Positions 28,880 to 36,495 of a DNA stretch of 64,000 nt are shown here, piece after piece. A program made the position numbers and the translations under genes. Positions within the stretch are counted from its first letter, which is position 1, and each line of letters begins with the position of its first letter. Origin of the DNA: Acidimicrobiales bacterium (GTDB taxonomy: Bacteria > Actinomycetota > Acidimicrobiia > Acidimicrobiales > GCA-2861595); NCBI GenBank assembly GCA_030448025.1, contig JAUJNQ010000001.1, positions 608,432 to 672,431 of the forward strand, read 5' to 3'. The notes under the pieces were generated by a model. The model saw only the letters and a list, made by a program, of their open reading frames with translations. It was not told the origin of the DNA and did no database searches.

Positions 28880-31237
28880 TCACGAGCGGGCTCCCACCCG
28901 GGCCGAGCGAAGCAGTGGGCCGATCGGCATCAGGGGTCGGGGCCCGCCCGGGGAGCGGGACCACTGCTCGACGTGCCATCCCCGCTTCCGGGCGATGGTG
29001 GCCAGCTTGGCCTCGGGGTTCACCGCCACGGGGTAGCCGACGGCCTCGAGCATGGGAAGGTCCGAGGCGGAGTCGGCGTAGGCGATGGACTCCTCCAGCC
29101 GCAGGCCCTCGGACGCGGCATAGTCGGCCATCGTGAGGGCCCGAGCCTCCCCGGTTGGAGGCGCAGAGCGCAGCTCGCCGGTGAGGTGACCCTCGGCGTC
29201 TCGGTCGAGGGTGGCGCACACGATGTCGTCGAAGAGCGGCCGCAGGGGCTCCACGATGAAGTCCAGCGAGCCGGTGATGAGCAGGGTGCGGTGCCCGAGG
29301 GCCCGGTGCTCGCGCACCCGGCGGAAGCCGGCGGGGAAGGACTTGGTGAGGATGAGCTGGGAGAACAGCTCCCACGCGTCCTGCTGCACCCGGTCGGCGG
29401 GTGCGTCCTCGTAGCGCCGGTAGAAGTAGCGCAGGAAGTCCCCCCGGTCGCGGCGATCGAGAGCCAGCAGCGTGGGTGCCTCGCGCAGGGTCCGCAGGGT
29501 GAAGCGCACCCGTTCGTCGGCGGGCAGGTGGCGCGTGGCCAACCAGGAGTAAGACTCCACCACGTTGGAGGCGATCAGGGTGTTCTCGAGGTCGAAGGCC
29601 GCGATGTGTCGATCCTTGGAGAGGAGAGCCCGGCGACCACGCTCGGCACGGTTCGCTCCCGTCTTTCCTCCCGGTGTGGTGCGCACGCGCGCGCTGGCCA
29701 CGATGGCGGGCAGGTGGATCTCCTGCACGTACTTGCGCCAGTCGATGGTGGCTGGGTCGAAGCAGAACTCGGCTCGGTCGCCGTCGTCGAGGCTGTGCCA
29801 CAGCGCCAGCAGCCGGTCGACGCCGAACACCGCCTCCACCTCGGTGTAGGCACCGTAGAGCTGCACGTACCCGAGGGCCCGCTCGGCCTGTGAACGGCGG
29901 TTCTCGAGGTGGCCGGGCAGCTCGGCGGCACGGCCCCGGATAGGGAGGGCGGTGACGGCGCGCTCTGCGACCGAGAGGGCCTTGGTCGCTCGCTGGAGCT
30001 GGCGCTGCACCCGGCCCCGTCCGGGGAAAGACCACTCGGGCCCGACGATGGGCTGTCCTTCGGCGTCGTAGAGGGGGTGCTCCCAGAACCACTCCTGGAC
30101 CAGGTCCACCAGGCGGCGGTACCGCAGGGGGTTGCGGGCCCCGGAGGCCACCTGCACCACGTCCGGGCCGGCGGGCTCAGGCCCGCGGGCGGCCACGGCC
30201 AAGATGGCGGCGGTGACCAGGTCCGCGGGGATGACGTCCAGTACGCCCTCGGGGATGCCGGGGAACTCCTTGAGCAGGCCCCGGCCGTAGGAGATGATCA
30301 CCGGCTCGGCCATGCGGAAGCCCCGGATCCAACCCGGGTGGGGCTGGCTGAGCGTGGACTCGATGATCGAGGGCCGCACGATGGTGACGGGGACGTGGGC
30401 TCTCGACTCCAGCAGGGCGCGCTCGGCGAGGGCCTTGGTGTAGGCGTACACGTCGGGCCAGCCCAGGCCCTGGGCCCGGGACTGTCCCGCTTCCACCATG
30501 CGATCCCCGACCCAGTCCCGGCGCAGGCGCTCGAGCTTTTCGGCCAGCACCGGCGCGCCGGCCGCTCCCAGCTCGGCGCGGGCCAACTTGGCGAAGCGCT
30601 TCAGGCACTCGGGACGGCGGCTCTCGGCGTCGGTGTCGGCGCGCGCCCGGCGGGCGGCGTCCACCTCCCCCTTCCAGTCCACCTCGGTGGAGAAGGGGGT
30701 GTCGGGCAACAGCGCCTCTGGCGACAGGCCGCGGCGGGAGCCGGCGACGTAGGCCGTGGACACGGCCACCATGTGTGCCCGGGACCCCGACGAGGCGAGG
30801 ACCCCAACCAGGCGCGCCGGGCCCAGGAGGTTGACCTCGACCGCCGTGTCGAGGGGTGAGTCGAAGCTCACCGCGGCGGCCGAGTGGATGACCACGTCAC
30901 AGCTGCAGAGCGTGAGCCGGTCGTCCTCGTTCAGGCCCAGGCCGTCGGTGGCGACATCGCCGCTCACCACGGTGAGCCGCCGCTCCACCTCGGCGTCGAA
31001 GCCGTCCCCCCACTCGTCGCGCAGACGGTGGAAGCAGTCGTTGCGGAGGATCTCCCGGCGCACCCGCTCCTCCGCCGAGGCCCGCCGGCCGGGGCGGACC
31101 AGGGCCACCACCTCGCAGCCGGGCACGGCCCGCAGGAGACGCTCGACCAGCGCCGTGCCGAGGAAACCCGTTGCGCCGGTGACGGCGACGCGCTTGCCCG
31201 ACAGCCGTTCTCGGATCACAGCGGGATTGTCTACCAT
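28880..31237 (-). CDS. fatty acyl-CoA/thioester reductase (NAD_binding_4 SDR) fused to a C-terminal HAD-IB hydrolase
   Basis: Met39 of track ORF 28880-31351 (MVDNPAVIRERLSGKRVAVTGATGFLG). YAYTK (YxxxK). The C-terminal half has AAFDLENTL (HAD motif I-like) and YADSASDLPML (motif IV). The ATG is only 7 nt from the divergent TetR ATG. Confidence 0.8.
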   Translation of the reverse strand: MVDNPAVIRERLSGKRVAVTGATGFLGTALVERLLRAVPGCEVVALVRPGRRASAEERVRREILRNDCFHRLRDEWGDGFDAEVERRLTVVSGDVATDGLGLNEDDRLTLCSCDVVIHSAAAVSFDSPLDTAVEVNLLGPARLVGVLASSGSRAHMVAVSTAYVAGSRRGLSPEALLPDTPFSTEVDWKGEVDAARRARADTDAESRRPECLKRFAKLARAELGAAGAPVLAEKLERLRRDWVGDRMVEAGQSRAQGLGWPDVYAYTKALAERALLESRAHVPVTIVRPSIIESTLSQPHPGWIRGFRMAEPVIISYGRGLLKEFPGIPEGVLDVIPADLVTAAILAVAARGPEPAGPDVVQVASGARNPLRYRRLVDLVQEWFWEHPLYDAEGQPIVGPEWSFPGRGRVQRQLQRATKALSVAERAVTALPIRGRAAELPGHLENRRSQAERALGYVQLYGAYTEVEAVFGVDRLLALWHSLDDGDRAEFCFDPATIDWRKYVQEIHLPAIVASARVRTTPGGKTGANRAERGRRALLSKDRHIAAFDLENTLIASNVVESYSWLATRHLPADERVRFTLRTLREAPTLLALDRRDRGDFLRYFYRRYEDAPADRVQQDAWELFSQLILTKSFPAGFRRVREHRALGHRTLLITGSLDFIVEPLRPLFDDIVCATLDRDAEGHLTGELRSAPPTGEARALTMADYAASEGLRLEESIAYADSASDLPMLEAVGYPVAVNPEAKLATIARKRGWHVEQWSRSPGGPRPLMPIGPLLRSARVGARS

Positions 31238-31244
31238 CTGGTAG

Positions 31245-31931
31245 ATGCCAGTCGCATCCCGCACACGGCAAGCCACGACGGGCAGAGCCGCGACGAAGAG
31301 ATCCTCGACGGGCCGGGCCACGACCGGCGAGCGGATCCTCGACGCGGCCAAGGTTTCCTTCGGTTCTCGGGGCTACGAGGCCACCTCGCTCGACACGCTG
31401 GCAGCCGGTCTGGGCCTGCGCAAGCAGACGATCCTCTACTGGTATCCCAGCAAGGAGGTGCTTCTGACTGCCGCCGTGGAGCGCACGGCCAGCGACCTGG
31501 CCCTGGCGCTGGAGCGGGCCCTCGCTCGGGCCGGGCCAGGGTGGCCCAGGGTGGAGGCCCTCGTGAAGTCGGTCTTCCGCCTGTCGGTTCGCCGCCCGGA
31601 GCTGCTCGGTGTGGTGCGTGAGGTGAGCCGGCTCGGTCCGCCGGCCTCCACCCAGTTGCTCGAGGCCCTCGAACCTCTTATGGAACGGGCCACGGACTTC
31701 CTTCGATCCGAGATGGCGGCCGGGCGCATGGGGGAGCGGGACCCGCGCCTGGTCCTGCTGGCTGCCTACTCGGCCGTCCTCGGCATGGCCACCGAGGTGG
31801 AGGTGCTCCGGGCGCTCGGTCTAGAGCTCACGGCTCGGGAGTTGGTCCGCCGGCGCGACGAGCTCCTCTCCTTCCTCCGCTCGGCCCTTGGGGTGACGCC
31901 TTCGCAGGCGGAGCCTGCTCGGCGAGCTTGA
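31245..31931 (+). CDS. TetR/AcrR-family transcriptional regulator
   Basis: 228 aa. N-terminal HTH RILDAAKVSFGSRGYEATSLDTLAAGLGLRKQTILYWYPSKE. Divergent from the reductase operon. Confidence 0.85.
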   Translation: MPVASRTRQATTGRAATKRSSTGRATTGERILDAAKVSFGSRGYEATSLDTLAAGLGLRKQTILYWYPSKEVLLTAAVERTASDLALALERALARAGPGWPRVEALVKSVFRLSVRRPELLGVVREVSRLGPPASTQLLEALEPLMERATDFLRSEMAAGRMGERDPRLVLLAAYSAVLGMATEVEVLRALGLELTARELVRRRDELLSFLRSALGVTPSQAEPARRA

Positions 31932-31980
31932 CCGAATCGGCATCGACCGGCGGAGCCGGATCGACGCCGATGCTCTCGAC

Positions 31981-32460
31981 TCATCGCCGCCCTGCGGGCG
32001 GCGTATACCGCTTGCTCCGCTCTGGCGCGGACGGCTTGGTCGGCTCGGTCGGCTCCTTGGCCGCCTTCTTCGCCTTGACCGGTCTGGCCCTGACGGGTTT
32101 CTCGTTGACCGTCCTCTCCTTGGTCGGGCGCCGCCTCACCGCCCTCCCGCCCTCAGCGCGGCGGGCGTTGGCGTCCCGGTACAAGAGCCATCCGGCGAGA
32201 ATGAGGAACGGCAGCCCGATGATGTAGGCGTAGCCCCATGGACCTATGCCGAGTAGGCCGGCGGCCAGGCAGGTGAAGAGCCGGCTCCCCGAGCGGCCGG
32301 CCAGAGCCAGCAAGGCGGCCATCGCCACGCCCACGAGGGCGAGGATGAAAGCCGCCGTGAACTCGTCGAAGGCAGGCGCATAGAAGGCCACGGCGCTCAC
32401 CGCCCCGAAGGCGGCGAGCCACAGGGCGACGCGTCTCTCCCGATCGTCGAGTCGGGTCAC
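31981..32460 (-). CDS. hypothetical membrane protein with a basic C-terminal tail
   Basis: 159 aa. About four hydrophobic segments (LWLAAFGAVSAVAFY, AAFILALVGVAMAALLALA, LFTCLAAGLLGIG, IIGLPFLILAGWLL), then a Lys/Arg/Pro-rich tail. Confidence 0.6.
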   Translation of the reverse strand: MTRLDDRERRVALWLAAFGAVSAVAFYAPAFDEFTAAFILALVGVAMAALLALAGRSGSRLFTCLAAGLLGIGPWGYAYIIGLPFLILAGWLLYRDANARRAEGGRAVRRRPTKERTVNEKPVRARPVKAKKAAKEPTEPTKPSAPERSKRYTPPAGRR

Positions 32461-32509
32461 GCGGCCACGGTAGCCCCGGTCACAGCGCGCCAGGCTGCGC
32501 GAGGCTGCG

Positions 32510-33454
32510 TTGATGAACGAGCACGGCTACCTGTACGACTTGCTGCGCAAGGCGGGCCTGACCGACTTTCAGGCCAGCACCGGCGAGTTCGTGCTCGTGA
32601 GGCCGCTAAAGCTGGGGTTGATCGTCCTGGCGGGCCTGGTGCTGGCCCGCGCCGGCGCCCGTGCGACCCGGCGCTTCGCGCGGACCTTGCACGCCCGTTC
32701 GCTGCTGCGGACCAGCTCTGCTCGTGCCCAGCAACGGACCACGACCATCGGCGACGTGCTGGCCAACCTGGTCCTGGCGGTGGTGTGGACGATCGTCGCC
32801 CTGCTCGTCCTGGGCGAGGTGGGCGTGGACCTGGCGCCTCTGGTGGCCGGTGCCGGCGTGGTGGGCATCGCCCTTGGCTTCGGTGCCCAGAGCCTGGTGA
32901 AGGACTTCCTCTCCGGGCTCTTCATCATCCTCGAGGACCAGTACGGCGTGGGTGACGTGATCACGTTGAAGGACGCCACCGGAACGGTCGAGGACGTGAG
33001 CCTGCGCGTCACCCGCTTCCGTGCCACCGACGGGACTGTGTGGTTCATCCCGAACGGGGAGATCCGCGGGGTGGGTAACGCCTCCATGGAATGGTCCCGG
33101 GCCATGATCGACGTGCTCGTCTCCTATGACAACGACGTGGGCGCCGTCGGGCGCTACGTGACTGAGGTCACCGAGGAGTTCGCCAACGAACCTGCGTGGG
33201 ACGACATCGTGCTGGAGCCTCCCGAGGTGTGGGGGGTCCAGGCCATGAGCGCCGACGGCCTGACCGTGCGGGTGGTGGTGAAGACCGCTCCCGGTGAGCA
33301 GTACGCCGTGGCCCGAGACCTCCGGGGGAGGATCAGCGAACGGCTGCGCCGGGAAGGAGTCCGCGGGCCGGGCCAGAGCGTGCTCGTGAACGCCGGCATC
33401 CTCGACACCGCCACACCACCTCCACCGCCACCGTCGGAGGGCGTCACGCCCTAG
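32510..33454 (+). CDS. small-conductance mechanosensitive channel (MscS family)
   Basis: 314 aa. TM segments followed by GAQSLVKDFLSGLFIILEDQYGVGDVI, the conserved MscS pore-helix/beta-domain junction. Confidence 0.9.
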   Translation: MMNEHGYLYDLLRKAGLTDFQASTGEFVLVRPLKLGLIVLAGLVLARAGARATRRFARTLHARSLLRTSSARAQQRTTTIGDVLANLVLAVVWTIVALLVLGEVGVDLAPLVAGAGVVGIALGFGAQSLVKDFLSGLFIILEDQYGVGDVITLKDATGTVEDVSLRVTRFRATDGTVWFIPNGEIRGVGNASMEWSRAMIDVLVSYDNDVGAVGRYVTEVTEEFANEPAWDDIVLEPPEVWGVQAMSADGLTVRVVVKTAPGEQYAVARDLRGRISERLRREGVRGPGQSVLVNAGILDTATPPPPPPSEGVTP

Positions 33455-36400
33455 CGCCGATCCTCACCCGACCCGCGGGTGGCGGACTGGCCGGCCTGGC
33501 AGAAGGGGAGGAAGTCACAGCGGCCGCACCACGCACCGGGGGTGGGGTCGAAGCGGCGGTCTGCCACCCCTTTCACCCAACCAGCGAGGGCCGAGCGCAC
33601 TCCGTCGATCCGCTCTGTGTCCCATGTGCGGCTGTCCAGCTGGGCGGGCCCGTCGGCGCGGAGATAACAGTTCGTGGTTCGCAATGCGTCAGGGGCCTGG
33701 CCCCAGACCTCCACGGCGGCAAGGGCATAGAGGTCGAGCTGCACGCCATCGCCGGGGTCGCCGGGGAAGGGTCGCAGGCCGGTCTTCCAATCCACGAGCT
33801 CGGTGCGGCCGTCGCGGCGGTACACGGCGTCGATCCGACCCCGGACGAGACGGCTCTCGAGCACCAGCTCGAAAGGCGCTTCTACGGCGACCGGTTCGAT
33901 GTCGGCATAGGGGCTGGACAAGAAGGAAGCCCGGAGCGCTGCCGGCGACGGGGCACCGACACCCCCTCCTTCGTCGTGGGCGCGGTGGGGGTCCCACTGA
34001 GCCCGGTGCTCGGGGTCTTCGGGTTCGCTCATGGCGGAGGATCCTTGGATGCGCTCCTCGATCCATTCGTGGACCTCGTTGCCGAGCCGGGAAGCCGGCG
34101 ACGGGGGCCTGGGCAGTGGCCGGACCGCCGACCAGTAGTACTGCAGTGCACAGCGGGCATAGGACACGAGGCCGGTGACGGAGAAGGTGTCAGGCAGCGG
34201 CCGGGCCGGTGCCGGTGGTGGCCGCCGCCCGCGCCGGAGCGCCATGGCGGTGACGTGGTCGTCCACCTCGACCGGCGCCACATCGTGTCGTGTGGCCGCG
34301 GCCTTCTGCCGCTCCTTGGCCGCCGTGGCCGGGTCGAGGGGGGGAGGTTCGTGGCGAAACCGCTCGCTCACCAGGTCCGCCTGGGAGGCGATGAACTCGT
34401 AGAACTCCGAGGGCCCCTGAGGTTCGGCCGGTCCGGGGTACCAGTGGGCGGTCGAGCACACCAGGCGCCGCCGGGCACGGGTACAGGCCACGTAGAACAG
34501 GCGCCATTCCTCGTCGGCTCGGCGACGGCGAACCTCGGCCGTGATGAGGGACTCGGTGTTGGCCTTCTCCCGCCAGTCGGGCATGCCCTCGTCGTCCGGC
34601 CGTACCCACCAGGGCAGCGTCGACGCCTGGCCCAGGGGATTGTCCCCGGCCCGACTGTCCGGGAAGATGCCCCAGCCCCGCCCCGCGCCCCCGGCCAGGC
34701 CGGGCACCCAGACGCAGTCGAACTCCAGGCCCTTGGCCTGGTGGACGGTCATCACCCGAACGGCGTCCACACCGGCGCCATGGGCCTCGGCAAGCTCCTC
34801 CTCGGCCTCGTCCAGGAGTTGGAGGTACTCCACGAAGGCCAGGAGGCCGGGGTCACCCGCCACCGGGTCGAAGCGAGCGGCGAGGTCGAAGAAGCGCAGG
34901 AGGTTCTCCCGGCCCTTCTCACCGGCCGTGGCCCAGAGGCCGGTCTGCTGGGTCACGGCCTCGGCCAGGTCCAGCACGGACAGGCGGGAGGCCAGTGCCG
35001 ACAGCGCCCGGTGCTCGCGGCAGAAGGCCGCCAACCGGCCCTGGGCTGCCGCCGAGAGGTCGGCTCCACCAAATAAACCTGGGGTGTCGAGCTCCTGCAG
35101 GACGTCGGCCAGCTGCAGGCTCTCCTGGCCCGGAGCGCGAAGATCCCGGGCTCGCCTGGCCAGGACGGCCAGGTCCCGCCATCCGATGCGGTAGCGCGGG
35201 CCCTGAAGGATGCGCAGGAGAGCCACCGACGAGGAGAGGTCGACGAGGACTTCGAGCCAGGACACGAGGTCCACGATCTCGGGCCGGTCGAGCAGGCCGC
35301 CGGCCCCCACCACCTCGGTGGGCACGCCCGCACCCTCGAGCGCCGCGGCCACGGCTCCGATGAGGCGACGCTTGCGGCAGAGCACGGCGTGGCCGGACCA
35401 CGGAGGTCCGAGGTCATGGATCTGTCGGGCGATCTCTGCCGCCTCCTCGGCGTCGTCGGCGGCCAGGAAGCACTCGATCGTGGTGGGCTCGGCGCCTGCC
35501 AGCGCGGCCAGGTGCTTGGCCAGCGCCGCCGGCACCTTCGCCTGGATGCGGTTGGCCAGCTCCACCAGCTCGGGACCGGAACGGCGATTGATCTCCAGAG
35601 GCTTCCGCTCGGCGGGAGGGAAGTGGTCGACGAAGGCGAAGATGTTGCCCAGATGGGCTCCGCGGAAGGCGTAGATCGACTGCATGTCGTCGCCCACGGC
35701 CGTAACCGCCGACCCTGGTGGGTAGATGTGCTGCAGCAGCACCCGCTGCGCATAGTTGGTGTCCTGGTACTCGTCCAGGAGGGCGACCGGGTGGCGGTGG
35801 CGCAACGTCGAGGCCACCTCGGGTTCTTGACGCAGGAGGCGGACGGCGAGGGCGACCTGGTCGCCGTAGTCCAGAAGGTTCCTTTCCCTTTTCCGACGGG
35901 CGTAGGCCGAGACCACCTGGCACAGCTCCAGCCGCTTGGCCGCCGTCTCCCGCTGGCGCTGCCACCTGCCGGTGGCCATCACCTCCTCGCAATCGGCCAC
36001 CACCTCCTCCACCGCTACCAGGTGGTCGGCGCAATGCGACGCCAGGGCCAGAGCGTCGTTCACCACGAGGGACGGGACGAAGCTGCTGCGGCGCTCGAAC
36101 CGGAACTCGTCGAACACGGCGAAGAGCAGCTGCCACGCCTGAGCCCGGTTGAGCACCTGGGTTCCCGGATCGAGGCCCAGCTCCAAGCCGTGGGCGGCCA
36201 CGAGGGCGGCCCCGAAGGCGTGGTAGGTGGAGACCGTCACGTCGGCGTCCGGGCCCAGTCGCTCGCGCACGCGTTCCTTGAAGTTGGCCGCGGCCTTGTT
36301 GGTGAAGGTGAGCCCGAGGATCTGGTGGGGCGAGGCCAGACCCCCCTCCACCAGGTGGAGCATGCGTGCGGCCATGACCGTGGTCTTCCCCGTCCCTGCA

Positions 36401-36495
36401 CCGGCCACGACCAGGAGCCCAGACAGGGGATGCTCGATCACGGCCCGCTGGTCGTCGGTGGGCGTGAAGAGCGGCGTGTCAGCGGTTCGGCTCAC
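33451..36495 (-). CDS. UvrD-type helicase fused to a RecB/Cas4-like nuclease (AdnB-like)
   Basis: GTG at residue 186 of track ORF 33451-37050 overlaps the upstream TGA (GTGA). Walker A VVAGAGTGKT and motif II LLDEYQDTN. C-terminal nuclease region with CGRCDFLPFC cysteines. Confidence 0.85.
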   Translation of the reverse strand: MSRTADTPLFTPTDDQRAVIEHPLSGLLVVAGAGTGKTTVMAARMLHLVEGGLASPHQILGLTFTNKAAANFKERVRERLGPDADVTVSTYHAFGAALVAAHGLELGLDPGTQVLNRAQAWQLLFAVFDEFRFERRSSFVPSLVVNDALALASHCADHLVAVEEVVADCEEVMATGRWQRQRETAAKRLELCQVVSAYARRKRERNLLDYGDQVALAVRLLRQEPEVASTLRHRHPVALLDEYQDTNYAQRVLLQHIYPPGSAVTAVGDDMQSIYAFRGAHLGNIFAFVDHFPPAERKPLEINRRSGPELVELANRIQAKVPAALAKHLAALAGAEPTTIECFLAADDAEEAAEIARQIHDLGPPWSGHAVLCRKRRLIGAVAAALEGAGVPTEVVGAGGLLDRPEIVDLVSWLEVLVDLSSSVALLRILQGPRYRIGWRDLAVLARRARDLRAPGQESLQLADVLQELDTPGLFGGADLSAAAQGRLAAFCREHRALSALASRLSVLDLAEAVTQQTGLWATAGEKGRENLLRFFDLAARFDPVAGDPGLLAFVEYLQLLDEAEEELAEAHGAGVDAVRVMTVHQAKGLEFDCVWVPGLAGGAGRGWGIFPDSRAGDNPLGQASTLPWWVRPDDEGMPDWREKANTESLITAEVRRRRADEEWRLFYVACTRARRRLVCSTAHWYPGPAEPQGPSEFYEFIASQADLVSERFRHEPPPLDPATAAKERQKAAATRHDVAPVEVDDHVTAMALRRGRRPPPAPARPLPDTFSVTGLVSYARCALQYYWSAVRPLPRPPSPASRLGNEVHEWIEERIQGSSAMSEPEDPEHRAQWDPHRAHDEGGGVGAPSPAALRASFLSSPYADIEPVAVEAPFELVLESRLVRGRIDAVYRRDGRTELVDWKTGLRPFPGDPGDGVQLDLYALAAVEVWGQAPDALRTTNCYLRADGPAQLDSRTWDTERIDGVRSALAGWVKGVADRRFDPTPGAWCGRCDFLPFCQAGQSATRGSGEDRR

